IMG/VR virus record: IMGVR_UViG_3300031683_000008
Location: 1-48,331 of that record
Length of the DNA: 48,331 nt
Reading direction: 5' to 3' (one strand)
Source: a virus
Taxonomy: Duplodnaviria > Caudoviricetes
Both the position numbers and the translations under genes were made by a program. The notes under the pieces were generated by a model. That model was not told the origin of the DNA. It searched no databases and saw only the letters and a program-made list of their open reading frames with translations. Below are positions 33,950 to 44,668 of this stretch, piece by piece (within the stretch, counting starts at the first letter, position 1; every line of letters starts with the position of its first letter).

Positions 33950-36763
33950 TTAGTCGGTTCCAAACATGTTAATCCACTCTTGTGAATCTTTTTTAACACC
34001 TTTACTTAATGCAAATTCCTTAGCTTTCTGACGCTCGTAAGTACCAGTTTTACCAGATACCGCTCTAGAGTATGAATCGTCAGCTTCATACCTAAGTGTA
34101 TCACCTCTCATAGTTACAAGACCGCTAGCCATAGAATCTAGGGCCATTAATCTTCTATCCTTGGTAGCTGCATCTGCTGCAGAGTTAAACTCATCTACAT
34201 ACATATCATTCTTAGCGTTAGTTGTACTAGCAGATAATATGTTTCCTGCATTAGTGCTACTAGCTGATAAAGCATTTGCTGCATTTCTAGCGTTTACTCC
34301 AGAATTAATAGACACCTCTTGGTTACCTATTTGCATATTTGCATTACTCTCCGCTGACTTTATAGCGCTATCTTGTGAAGATTTTTTAGAGAACATTGCC
34401 ATCTTGTTTATGATGTTAGATGATCCCCCTCCACTAGTTTCTATAAACCTGTTCACAGCTTGGGCGTCATTAGAGTTTCTAGCAAGTTGATCTGTGTAAT
34501 CCACTCTATCTAAATTCTGATGTGCTTCTCTTTCCGCTCTTACTATACCCGGAAGTACTCCTTGAGCTTGGGCCATATAATCAGGTTGCTCAAGCATTGC
34601 CGCTAAAGCAGGTAGAGTTTGTGCAGCATATGCTGCCTTATCTTGCCATTTGTTTCTAACTTCGTACTTATCATCAGTCTTAGCTTTTAATGAGTCTTCG
34701 TACTCCTGGCTGAAGTCTAGAGGTGATTTAACAAAAGGTTTCTTGTCTACTTCACCAGAGTAAGAAGATGTTTTACTAAACGTATTCTCACCATAGTCTC
34801 CATCAACAGCATTAAACCCATCCCCAGTAAACCCGGTTGCAAGATACTGATCTTTTGATATACCTTGAGCATCTAAACTTGCTCTAAAGTTATCATCATT
34901 TTCATACTTATCCTCAAGATGTTTGTTAAATTTATTTTGGAACTCCGTAGTGTGCTCTTTAGGATTGAATTCTTCCCAAGAGTTAATACCCATATCATTT
35001 AGTACAGGTCTATTTCTTTCATAGAAATCTTTCCTAGATTCCTCAGAAGAAATACTCTTATCCCCAAAGTACCCATTCTCATCACTGTGCTGCATTCTAG
35101 CTATACCTTCGTCACCTAGATCATTTGCACGAGACTTACCTGAATATCCAGACTCTTCAGAAGACTTGATAATTTTATCGTAGTTTTCTCCATAAGCTTG
35201 GAATCTAGGAAGTTCAGAAGCAGACGAGTTTGATGATTTCACTTTAGCGTTTGCTGCCTTTTTGATAGCTGCTACCTCTTCCATGTAATCCTCATCTGCA
35301 TAATTAGGTATTCCATCCCCATCAGCATCCTTATACATATCCTCACTTAAAGGTCCTGTAAAAGGGACACGCTCATTTTCTACTAAACCGTACAAAGTTT
35401 GTGCTCCACCATCTCCAAAACGCCTCTTATTCTCAGGGTTATCAATATCGTCAGGGTTTCTACCAGCTGTATGCTCTTGCATTCTAGCTAACATACTCTC
35501 GTCCTCTTTTGTTCCGCCTTGCTCTAAAAGTTGTTTATGTTGGTCTGCATATGTCATACCACCAGTCTCTAACTTATTAGAGAAGAAGTAATCTTTCATT
35601 CCTCCATTAGACGCCACCTGAGTCATGGTTTCACCATCCTCAACCTCTGTTTGGTCATCTAGAATTATCCCACTCTCCGAGCCTTGTCCAGACTCATCAT
35701 GTTCGTTACCCGAGAATTGGATAGCGTCACCACTAATAGGTGTTGCTTGTCCTCCGGGTAGTTGTTGCCCGCCTCTTTGAACTGCTCCTTGTAGTGAAAA
35801 ACCACCGTCTTCTTTTTTCTCTTTTACGTACTCTTTTCTACCGCCAACAATCTTATATTTACCTTTGTCGTCTCTATAGTACTTAAAATTATCATACTTT
35901 TTACCGTCTTGGCCTTCAGATAATCCATAAGCCCCTGCTGTAGCACCAATTGCACCTACAGTCATTTGGATAACATCTATTTGACCGTCCGTAAATCCTT
36001 TGCTTTTAAGAGTTTCTCTACCCATACTTTTAAGAAGGTCTAAACTAGCTCTAGGTATTCCGGTTATTTTTCCGGACATCTTATCCATCCACCCTGCGTT
36101 TGCACTTTCTGGTACCAGAGAAGCCATTTCTTCAACACTAGGAGTGTCTGTTATAGGATGTGGAGGTTTTGGTTTGGCTGCGTCTTCAGGAAATAACTCC
36201 ATCTGCTTAGCCTCAGGCTTAGGCTTACTGTCGGGCCCATGTGGGCGATCCACATTAACCTCTCTAGGAGATGTGTCAGCCTTTTTGAATTTCTTTACTA
36301 GCTTCGTAAACTTATCTTTACCATACTTCTCCACCGCCTTGGCTGCTACCTTTATAGCTTTACCTGGAACAAAAGGTAATGCAAGCCCAGCAGCATTCAT
36401 TGCAGCTCCAGAGTAATCTCCCTTTTTAAGGTCTGCAACTGTGTTTTTAAGATCAATTGCTTCCCCTAGGAAAGGTACAAATCCTCCACCAATTTCAGCT
36501 GCATCCTGACCAGTTACTAAAGGGTCCGATTTAGGGTGTTTCTTACGATAAACCTTGTCCGCTGCCTCACGCTCTTTATTAGAGACGTCTATCTCAACCG
36601 TGGGCATCATGTTTGTCACGTCGCCCTCATATACCTCAGAAGTAACACCCTCATTCTGTCTGTCATTAGACTTCATAAGTCTGTTAGACATACGTTCATT
36701 TCTCTTATCCGTAAAGGCTTTCTGTATCTTAGCAAGCCATTTTTTGTCTCTCTTATCTGGCAT
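33950..36763 (-). CDS. Virion cargo protein, mosaic
   Basis: G.EH...GI...EVEDGE...YFFS motif seen in crAss-like cargo proteins; PT-TG-like segment; DADGDGIPNYAD; Asn/Ala-rich helical C-terminus. Confidence 0.65.
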   Translation of the reverse strand: MPDKRDKKWLAKIQKAFTDKRNERMSNRLMKSNDRQNEGVTSEVYEGDVTNMMPTVEIDVSNKEREAADKVYRKKHPKSDPLVTGQDAAEIGGGFVPFLGEAIDLKNTVADLKKGDYSGAAMNAAGLALPFVPGKAIKVAAKAVEKYGKDKFTKLVKKFKKADTSPREVNVDRPHGPDSKPKPEAKQMELFPEDAAKPKPPHPITDTPSVEEMASLVPESANAGWMDKMSGKITGIPRASLDLLKSMGRETLKSKGFTDGQIDVIQMTVGAIGATAGAYGLSEGQDGKKYDNFKYYRDDKGKYKIVGGRKEYVKEKKEDGGFSLQGAVQRGGQQLPGGQATPISGDAIQFSGNEHDESGQGSESGIILDDQTEVEDGETMTQVASNGGMKDYFFSNKLETGGMTYADQHKQLLEQGGTKEDESMLARMQEHTAGRNPDDIDNPENKRRFGDGGAQTLYGLVENERVPFTGPLSEDMYKDADGDGIPNYADEDYMEEVAAIKKAANAKVKSSNSSASELPRFQAYGENYDKIIKSSEESGYSGKSRANDLGDEGIARMQHSDENGYFGDKSISSEESRKDFYERNRPVLNDMGINSWEEFNPKEHTTEFQNKFNKHLEDKYENDDNFRASLDAQGISKDQYLATGFTGDGFNAVDGDYGENTFSKTSSYSGEVDKKPFVKSPLDFSQEYEDSLKAKTDDKYEVRNKWQDKAAYAAQTLPALAAMLEQPDYMAQAQGVLPGIVRAEREAHQNLDRVDYTDQLARNSNDAQAVNRFIETSGGGSSNIINKMAMFSKKSSQDSAIKSAESNANMQIGNQEVSINSGVNARNAANALSASSTNAGNILSASTTNAKNDMYVDEFNSAADAATKDRRLMALDSMASGLVTMRGDTLRYEADDSYSRAVSGKTGTYERQKAKEFALSKGVKKDSQEWINMFGTD

Positions 36764-37758
36764 TATATGTGCTTTTTTAATCCGCCATATTTGGCAACTG
36801 TGTTTCTACCGTAGTCATACCCTGAATACGTCTTACTTTTTAACTCCCCTGCTCTAGACGCTCCAGCATGAGCACCATAACTACGCATCGTCTCGTTATT
36901 AATCTTACGAGCATCTTTATCTCTTTTATCATCGAACTCCATCTTCGATCTTCTAGCTTTATTTCTCTGAGTCAATCCTTTAACTGTCCCATAGATTGCA
37001 CCACCTACAGCACCAACAGCTGTACCAACAGGTCCTAACATAGATCCCCAAGCAGCTCCCTGTCCTACAGCGGATAACATATCACCAGATACCTCACCTG
37101 CATTCCATTTTGTAGCATCCTTGTCATCAGATAGTTTAGAAATACCCTTACCAGCTAACGCTGCTATAGTTCCTATCCCGTTTGCTGATGAAGCCCAAGT
37201 ACCAATAGAAGACCCTATCTTCCCTGCAGTAGTAGCTTGCTTACCAATGGTGGTAGCTTTTTGACTTTTATTTATAAGTTTAGCGCCTCTAGTCATTTTC
37301 CTAGCGTTACCACTTGTAGCTAGTCTAGTTCCCCGTTTCATTAATCTTGCAGCCCTGCCAGTTACGACCCCTGTATTAACAGAGGATGATGCTAGAGACC
37401 CTACAGTAGTTCCTGCTGTAGAACCACCTGCTGCAGGCAACAGCTGGAGACCCGTAGATATTCCAGCTTCTATAGAATTATAGGTTGCATCATCTTGAGC
37501 TTTCTCGTTGTTGACAGACGTAACGTCATTTAACTTACGAGTTTCCATGTTCTTAGTGTCCACTGCGCTTTGTGCTACCACCTGCGCGCGCTTCTCTTCC
37601 ATGGCCTTTATCCTCTGAGCCTGAAGCTCCGGGTTAGACTCTTCATGTACGATGTTTGTAGTTGTATTGGCGTTTTGTCCAGCCGTAATCTCATTTGGAG
37701 TATACATATTTCCGCCGTATCCTAACTTCTTTCTTTTATTTATACTATATTTTGACAT
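36763..37758 (-). CDS. Virion cargo protein with glycine-zipper TM region
   Basis: GAAWGSMLGPVGTAVGAVGGAIYG; directly after the muzzle gene. Confidence 0.65.
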   Translation of the reverse strand: MSKYSINKRKKLGYGGNMYTPNEITAGQNANTTTNIVHEESNPELQAQRIKAMEEKRAQVVAQSAVDTKNMETRKLNDVTSVNNEKAQDDATYNSIEAGISTGLQLLPAAGGSTAGTTVGSLASSSVNTGVVTGRAARLMKRGTRLATSGNARKMTRGAKLINKSQKATTIGKQATTAGKIGSSIGTWASSANGIGTIAALAGKGISKLSDDKDATKWNAGEVSGDMLSAVGQGAAWGSMLGPVGTAVGAVGGAIYGTVKGLTQRNKARRSKMEFDDKRDKDARKINNETMRSYGAHAGASRAGELKSKTYSGYDYGRNTVAKYGGLKKHI

Positions 37759-40700
37759 TTATCTGTATGTTTTACGTGCTGCAACCGTAGTTGAGTACAA
37801 ATTTACTAAATTATTCCTATTATTATTGCATATTAACCTAACTCCTATCCACTTATCTACAAATTTCTTTTGTAAATTCCAAGCTTTATCTAAATCTAAG
37901 TACTCAAGATTTTGAGATTCATCCATCCCGTCTGACTTAAACATTGGGCTAAGCACAGAAGATGTTATTGTCCCATCTGAGTACTCCCCAACAACGTTGT
38001 CCAAGTATGGTGCGTAATATGAAGTTGCATCGGTATGGAGTTTTGCCATATCTCTGAACTTATTTATCTTCCATGAATTACCTATACGCCTAGTAGATAC
38101 TAAGTACGCCAGTTTAATGCTTTCAGACATTTGTAACGTATTGTAAACTATCGCAGAGGTAAATCCACCTTCTAGTATAACCGCTCCCACATCATTTACT
38201 ACGTCCGCCGTATAACTTATACTAGACGTAAGAGTATCCTCGGAAGGTACTAAATTAGAAACATATTCTATCTCAAAAGGAGATATATTTGTAGATGCTC
38301 CTGGATAGAACTCTCCGTAGTTACCGGAATTGTGCTCCCATATCTTATATGAAGACTCCATAGAGAAGTCTGTCACTGAGTATATATTCCTATGTGTACT
38401 GAAGTACATGTAAGGTATATACGTGTGGAAGCTTCCCCAGAAGTTAACTTCAGGGTAATAAGATAAAGTCCATCCAATCCTTTTGAAGTATAGCTGATTA
38501 GAGTAATTAATTGGGTTAGAGATATAAGTACCTCCAGCCTCGTACTCTGCAGCTAAATTAGCGCTGTAAGAATATTGAATTATAGTACCCGTATCTAACT
38601 GATCGTAATACGCATCTGCATCCGCAGGGAAAGTATAAGTACCTGCAACAGTTGGAACGTATACTGCATAAGTGCCTCCCTGGTGCGGGAAATAAAAAGT
38701 CTCTAACGCAGAGGTTACAGTAACTGTAACTCCAAAATTTGGATATGGAATTACTTGCTCACTTGGAGCGTTTATTAAGGTGAAGTAATCCTCTAGTAGT
38801 GCTAGGTCAGCAGTGAATGGTATCAACTCATACTCCATGAACTCCATGGTATTCTCATTATACGCTATAGATCCATGTGACCCTGCTGGTAACGCCAATC
38901 CAGTGTTGAAGTACGCAGTCTCTTGTAGATCTCTAAACGTTAAAAGTATTCTCTTATGTAAAGGATCCCAAGATGCGTGTAATCCAATACCTACAGCTGG
39001 GTTATCCTTTAGTCTTCCCATTTTGTCTGCATACGTGAACTTGCTCACAAGATTCTTTTTAAACCAAATATCCATCCCGGTAGGACTTATCTCTGTTAAA
39101 CCTTCACCCATAAGGAATACTTTGTATGACGCTTGGTCTACAAAGAAGTATCCATATCTAGTAGTGAGTGCAGCCCATTGTGACTGAGTTCCACCATACC
39201 CTAACTCAGTCTGAATAACCTCATCTGGGTTCTGCTGGAAAATATCACCTGAACCAATAAACGCCTCTGTACCATCTTTCATTTCCATGGTCTGCTTACC
39301 CTTTGCGGCGTACAGACTACTTTCCATGTGGAAGTATAGAAGGTTGTTGAAACTTGCTAGCTTCCATAATTCTCCCCTGTTCTTTGGAAGATCTTTATAT
39401 TGGTTAGCTAAGAATATTCTATAGTTATCTATTAAACTTGTTGTATCATTAGTAGCACTTCTGTGAGTTCTCGTAGGGAAGTCATCCTGAAGAGTGTCTC
39501 TTAATGGAAGTGGGAAAGCAGGCTTAATTATATTATCCTCAGAATAGTTAGAAGTATACTTTATACTATCTACATGAGTTAAATCATTTTGATTGGAAAG
39601 TATATCTTTTGCAGACGTCCCTGGGAAATACGATGTATCCGAATCCTCAGAGTGTCTAAAGTTTATATTATCCGAGCTCTCTACTATGTGGTAATTTATA
39701 GACCTTATAGGGTTAGACTTCTCTACCGTATTACTAGGCGTAACTTTACTCACAAACCCGTACCTACAAATAAAGGTGTCACCACCAAAAATACCATCTG
39801 GATATTTATTTTTAGTTGAGAATGTATCCGACACAGAAGAAAGGGCATCCCCTGTTTCATCATCAAACACAAAGTCATGTAAAGCATCTCCTAGGATTTC
39901 ATACCCAGTATAAACTAACTCTTGACTGTCTATAGATTTATAGACGTCTGACTTGTATGCCGCTAAGTTAGCTATATACACTTGATTACGTGCCTGATTA
40001 TCTTCATTCACAAGATTACACGCCCCATCATTAAGTGCGTACCCAAAACTTGTATTGTTTAAATCATCCGCATCCCCTTCAGGTACCGATGGAAGAGATG
40101 GTAATTTAAAGCCGTCCTTCAATCCTAAGATAACGCAGCTTTCCCCGAACTCATTAAACACTTTACCTCCAAACCCAAGAGACGTACCAGAGAAAATAGA
40201 ATCCCCTAGGAGATAAGATTTCGCCTTTTGGCCTAATACTTTTGGAGCTGTGTGATGCCAATCCATATTATTATAGGAGTTACCTATAAATATAGCGGAC
40301 AGTATGTCCTTAGGGTAACAATTTCCAAACTCAGTGTCGTACCCCCAAATCTCTTGGAATTTATATACTTCAGCTGGAGTAGCATCTAGCGCATCTGGAT
40401 TTAATAGCTTAGTAAGCATTTTTTTATCCTGCTGTAAAGAAGGTCCATTCCAAACATAGTTATTTACCTTGTATTGTATCTGAAGGTGTGTCGCCGGAGC
40501 TAAACTATTATGAGTTCTAAGTAAATTAAAATCATGGAAACTGAATGCTGTGTATCCACCTGGATACATAAGGTCATCATCATTATTTAAAGCCCAAGGG
40601 CTTTTAACATAAAATGTTTCCGGAGTAGAATTAACCTGACCAAGTACATGTGAGGCATAACTAACACCTGTTGCTTCCTCGCACATACCTAGCGCTCCTT

Positions 40701-43302
40701 CTCGTTTATGCATAGGAAGTAAAACACTTTGTCCTAGTATAGTTTTATTCTCATGTCCTCTTTTAGCTCTGTAGATTCTAAACCCTTGAACCTTTGAAAG
40801 AAGGCTTTTAGGTACTTTTATATCATCTAAATGAAATCCTAATGCGGAAACAGTGTGATCTATCTTAGCGTCGAACTGCTCATCATCTAAAGAAGAGGAC
40901 CCACCAGAATCTACAACTACAGTAAAAGACGAGTACCAACTCCCCCCTATAGATCCGTTATCATCGTCTGTTTGCTTTATAATCCAGTTTGAAGTACTAC
41001 CAGGAGCTTTACCTTCAACGAAGAAGTAATCGTTAATACCAAGAGTAAATGGAATACCTTGAGATGTATCTAAAGCGTCATTATACCACCAAGAAGTAGA
41101 TCCCCCAGTCCATGCGGATTCTGGGTACACCATTTCAATATCATGCTCCCCTACTATTATACTGTCACACTGGTCTCCACCAGACCCACATCCAAACATA
41201 GCGTTACCAGGCCATCCTGGACTGTTGTCGTTCCCTATTATGTTATTATCATCAGACCTTCTAGAGTAATACCACGTATTCCCTATATATGCCTTTATTC
41301 TAGTTCTAGTTGGTTCTGCCTGTGACCCAGATCCACTTATACGAGTAAGCATAACATAGTAGGACACACTTACATTCATAGGCTGATTGGCAGTAAACAC
41401 CTGCCCATCAAAAAGAGAGTCTGCGTCTACTTCTGCAGTCGTATTATTAGTTGGGTTGTTTACATTAGTATTAAATTTGAAACCACTGTCCATCCATGAT
41501 CCCTTATTAACTGTAGGCCCCCAGGCGTGAGACGTGTATCTCCACGACCATGTACCATCTATAATTTCATATGAATCTGTAGTTCCTCCCGAAACAGATG
41601 TCCCACATTGAGAAGACATAATAGTTTTCCTTTCATCTGTAGCATTCCTAGGGAATGCGTGATGCCTAACATTCTCAGTTCGTAGAGAGGGGCGGACCGT
41701 AATACCGTCCATAACATCATAATTAGGGGTGTTCGGATAAAACTCAGTTAGGTTTTTCCAATAATTCATCCACCCACTACCAGCAGAGGAGAAGTCCCAG
41801 AACTGTGCATAGTAAGCAGTATCGGGGAAAGACTCCATAGCAATTGCGTAAGTTTCACTAGTGTCAGCTGCAACTAAATCTGCTTGAGTCAGGGCAGCAC
41901 TTTCTGTATCCCCTGCACTATTAGTTAATATGTCTCTACCTGGTATATGGTATGCGTAACTCATACTACCATCTCTCAGGACAAAGCTTATATAGAATGC
42001 GTAAACCTCTCCACGCATGTACCCCCTAAAGGCGGAGTTTAATTCTTCATTCCTATATGATGGGCTATTCTCGGTGTTACGTATGAAACCGCCATACATA
42101 TTTACTGGGGTTGTTCCCCATCCAGTTTGAAGGTTATCCACTGTTGCGTAAAAAGTATCGAACTCCGTAAGAGTGTATAATGTGGATTCTAATTTTATAT
42201 TGTTAGCGTATTTTTGATACCCTATATCTTTACTACCTGTGGTGTTACCTACATATAGTACCCCATCTAATTGATTGATAGTTTTAGCTGTGTCGTACGA
42301 AACAGTGTCTATCATAACCTCTTCTAGTGAAGCAGACCCAATACCTTCAGTACCAGAGAATACAACTACAGTAGTTGCTGTTATTTGGAAGTCATTTAAT
42401 TTAAACGCGTCCGTAGCTTCTCCCATCTTTCGTATAACTACAGGCCTAATGTACTTGTAATCTACGGTGTTTAAATTTTCTATGGTCCAAGCTATAGATT
42501 TAGATGTCTGATTACCTGCTCTACCCCCATCCATCTGATTGGTTGGTGTTGTCTTTCTAGATTCCTCTACTATAGACACTGGGTTAGACACTGACATGTA
42601 GTTGGTTGCAGCTAGATCATCTCCTACATAAGCTATAGCTAGATAGTATACCGCGGTACGTAAACTACCACCGTCGTGTATGTTTATGGTCTGACTTATC
42701 TGAGCTGCATCCCCTGTGTGAGGGAATAGGTTTAATAGAAATATTTGATTAGTATTTGAATCGGAAGGGTTCATCCCGTAAAGGTTACTTAAGACGGGGG
42801 TACCCATAGGATCAAACGTAAGATTTCTTTCCTGCATCGATACATTGAATGCTCGCGGAGGATTTAGATCATCTGTAAAGTAAACTATTAGGTCTCCTTT
42901 AGAATCTAACTTGAACGTCCCTTCAATTAAGTGTTTAGTAGAGAAGGCAAGATCTAAGTGAGGATACACTGCATGGTTTGGGGAGAATAAAGATTTATAC
43001 ACCCCTTTCTCCCAGACTCCTATCTCTGACATTTCTAGGGCAGGGTTACCTGTCCCGGATTGTATAGACCCAGATTGTGTAGTAGTCCGTAAAAACAGAA
43101 CTACTCTACCATCAGATACTTCAACACTTCCTATTACTGTCCTGTTTGCGAATAGAGTACCAGCCTGTGAAACTCCTTGCTCATTACTGATAGCTCCTTT
43201 TAGCGTATTGAAAACTGCATTTAAAGCATATCTCCATGTACCTTTAGGTTGATCTATATGTCCTGTGTCTTTAAAAAGACCCTTTAAAAATCTATTTTCC
43301 AT
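37759..43302 (-). CDS. Tail muzzle / stabilisation protein (P22 gp10-like)
   Basis: F.KGL..D...P.GTWRYALN start, YFTDDLNPPR, GYMRGEVY, FGGDTFI, WTLSY...W.SFH.Y.P; position after a ring protein. Confidence 0.8.
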   Translation of the reverse strand: MENRFLKGLFKDTGHIDQPKGTWRYALNAVFNTLKGAISNEQGVSQAGTLFANRTVIGSVEVSDGRVVLFLRTTTQSGSIQSGTGNPALEMSEIGVWEKGVYKSLFSPNHAVYPHLDLAFSTKHLIEGTFKLDSKGDLIVYFTDDLNPPRAFNVSMQERNLTFDPMGTPVLSNLYGMNPSDSNTNQIFLLNLFPHTGDAAQISQTINIHDGGSLRTAVYYLAIAYVGDDLAATNYMSVSNPVSIVEESRKTTPTNQMDGGRAGNQTSKSIAWTIENLNTVDYKYIRPVVIRKMGEATDAFKLNDFQITATTVVVFSGTEGIGSASLEEVMIDTVSYDTAKTINQLDGVLYVGNTTGSKDIGYQKYANNIKLESTLYTLTEFDTFYATVDNLQTGWGTTPVNMYGGFIRNTENSPSYRNEELNSAFRGYMRGEVYAFYISFVLRDGSMSYAYHIPGRDILTNSAGDTESAALTQADLVAADTSETYAIAMESFPDTAYYAQFWDFSSAGSGWMNYWKNLTEFYPNTPNYDVMDGITVRPSLRTENVRHHAFPRNATDERKTIMSSQCGTSVSGGTTDSYEIIDGTWSWRYTSHAWGPTVNKGSWMDSGFKFNTNVNNPTNNTTAEVDADSLFDGQVFTANQPMNVSVSYYVMLTRISGSGSQAEPTRTRIKAYIGNTWYYSRRSDDNNIIGNDNSPGWPGNAMFGCGSGGDQCDSIIVGEHDIEMVYPESAWTGGSTSWWYNDALDTSQGIPFTLGINDYFFVEGKAPGSTSNWIIKQTDDDNGSIGGSWYSSFTVVVDSGGSSSLDDEQFDAKIDHTVSALGFHLDDIKVPKSLLSKVQGFRIYRAKRGHENKTILGQSVLLPMHKREGALGMCEEATGVSYASHVLGQVNSTPETFYVKSPWALNNDDDLMYPGGYTAFSFHDFNLLRTHNSLAPATHLQIQYKVNNYVWNGPSLQQDKKMLTKLLNPDALDATPAEVYKFQEIWGYDTEFGNCYPKDILSAIFIGNSYNNMDWHHTAPKVLGQKAKSYLLGDSIFSGTSLGFGGKVFNEFGESCVILGLKDGFKLPSLPSVPEGDADDLNNTSFGYALNDGACNLVNEDNQARNQVYIANLAAYKSDVYKSIDSQELVYTGYEILGDALHDFVFDDETGDALSSVSDTFSTKNKYPDGIFGGDTFICRYGFVSKVTPSNTVEKSNPIRSINYHIVESSDNINFRHSEDSDTSYFPGTSAKDILSNQNDLTHVDSIKYTSNYSEDNIIKPAFPLPLRDTLQDDFPTRTHRSATNDTTSLIDNYRIFLANQYKDLPKNRGELWKLASFNNLLYFHMESSLYAAKGKQTMEMKDGTEAFIGSGDIFQQNPDEVIQTELGYGGTQSQWAALTTRYGYFFVDQASYKVFLMGEGLTEISPTGMDIWFKKNLVSKFTYADKMGRLKDNPAVGIGLHASWDPLHKRILLTFRDLQETAYFNTGLALPAGSHGSIAYNENTMEFMEYELIPFTADLALLEDYFTLINAPSEQVIPYPNFGVTVTVTSALETFYFPHQGGTYAVYVPTVAGTYTFPADADAYYDQLDTGTIIQYSYSANLAAEYEAGGTYISNPINYSNQLYFKRIGWTLSYYPEVNFWGSFHTYIPYMYFSTHRNIYSVTDFSMESSYKIWEHNSGNYGEFYPGASTNISPFEIEYVSNLVPSEDTLTSSISYTADVVNDVGAVILEGGFTSAIVYNTLQMSESIKLAYLVSTRRIGNSWKINKFRDMAKLHTDATSYYAPYLDNVVGEYSDGTITSSVLSPMFKSDGMDESQNLEYLDLDKAWNLQKKFVDKWIGVRLICNNNRNNLVNLYSTTVAARKTYR

Positions 43303-44186
43303 TATCTGCTAAAGTCTTCTCTAGTGTTTAATTGTTCAAATCCTAAGTCATGCTTATTAAGGGAAGGTATTAATCCTACCCACTGATTCATAAACGATTC
43401 GTACCTATCAATATCTGGATAGTTTGCTGCATTCCTAGCTTGAGTACAGTAGTACTTCCACTGTTGCTCTGCAAACTGGTAGTCTACCCCATTACTTTTT
43501 ACTGACCCAGGGAAAGCTAATAAGATCTTTTTGTATACGTACCAGAACATAGCTTCTTTGTAGCTAATATCTGCAGGTACTAATGGGAAGTTCTCACCAT
43601 CTACTGGAAATGCTTTGTAACTTAAACATATCTTCCCAACAGGAAAGGATGTCTTTACAAACCCATTATCGATGATGTAAGTTTCTTCGTGTTTTGCATT
43701 AATGTTAACACATTTTTCACAGTGAATACTCTCGTGAAACGTGCTTGCTCCATATTGTAATGGCTGTAGAGATACTTCATCCTGAAAGTAGGAATTTTCT
43801 AAAACAACAATTCTGTTGTTAATCTCTTGAAGTACGGTAACTGTATTACCGTATGATAGCCCCTCTTCTTTAGCGTCGCTAATGGTTTGAGTTAATGCTT
43901 TTGTTTTCTGTATGAGAGAGTCTAGCTCTAGCCCTGTAGAGGACGGCATACCAGAATTAATAGCTACTTGATTTATATAGTACAGATCTCCAGGAAGGAC
44001 GGCCTTATGGTCTAACATGTCTAGGACACATACTTTAGATACTAGCTGTGTGCTAGCCCCTATGTGCTCTAATGCCTCACCAATCCATTCAATTGCATCA
44101 TCAATCCAAGCATCGTTTTTGAGACGTAGATCTCTGAATAGCTTTCTGATTATTACTTTACTGGAAATTGTTTTATATATAGCCAT
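43302..44186 (-). CDS. Tail ring (tubular) protein
   Basis: IEWIGEAL..IG, SYKAFPVD...P..P motifs and synteny with crAss-like ring proteins. Confidence 0.7.
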   Translation of the reverse strand: MAIYKTISSKVIIRKLFRDLRLKNDAWIDDAIEWIGEALEHIGASTQLVSKVCVLDMLDHKAVLPGDLYYINQVAINSGMPSSTGLELDSLIQKTKALTQTISDAKEEGLSYGNTVTVLQEINNRIVVLENSYFQDEVSLQPLQYGASTFHESIHCEKCVNINAKHEETYIIDNGFVKTSFPVGKICLSYKAFPVDGENFPLVPADISYKEAMFWYVYKKILLAFPGSVKSNGVDYQFAEQQWKYYCTQARNAANYPDIDRYESFMNQWVGLIPSLNKHDLGFEQLNTREDFSR

Positions 44187-44188
44187 TA

Positions 44189-44665
44189 TTATTGTTTTTT
44201 AAACTTTAGATACGCAAGATCATCCTCCGTAAGAAGTCTAATAAGTTTTTCTTTATTTCCTTTTACGCCTCGTGTAGCATCAAACCGATACACGGACTTA
44301 TTTTTAACTTTACATTTACCTTTCTTCCAGTAAAATTTACAGTAGAAAGAATCTGTGTGGTATATAAACCACTGCTGACCTTTATTGGTCTCAGGGTCGA
44401 ACAATTCAACTCCCTCCTCTATCAGCTCTTTTCTATATTTATTACTTTCTCCCCAATCAATCCTTGGATTCCTTGGATCTCTATCTTGTCTTGATATAGA
44501 TATAGTAGAAAGATTGTTACCCATATTAAAGGTTTTACCCTCCAAGATATAATCCATAATTCCTATATTGAATTCTGAACATATATCTCGGAAGGTTAAA
44601 CTATCTACAGGATTTTTACATGTTTTTGTATAGTCCTTATATATATCCCTTAGAGTGTAAGACAT
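44189..44665 (-). CDS. IHF/HU-like DNA-binding protein (crAss type)
   Basis: I...FN..I.D.ILEG..F.M...L..I.I HU/IHF-like core; conserved position among ring genes. Confidence 0.65.
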   Translation of the reverse strand: MSYTLRDIYKDYTKTCKNPVDSLTFRDICSEFNIGIMDYILEGKTFNMGNNLSTISISRQDRDPRNPRIDWGESNKYRKELIEEGVELFDPETNKGQQWFIYHTDSFYCKFYWKKGKCKVKNKSVYRFDATRGVKGNKEKLIRLLTEDDLAYLKFKKQ

Positions 44666-44668
44666 TAA

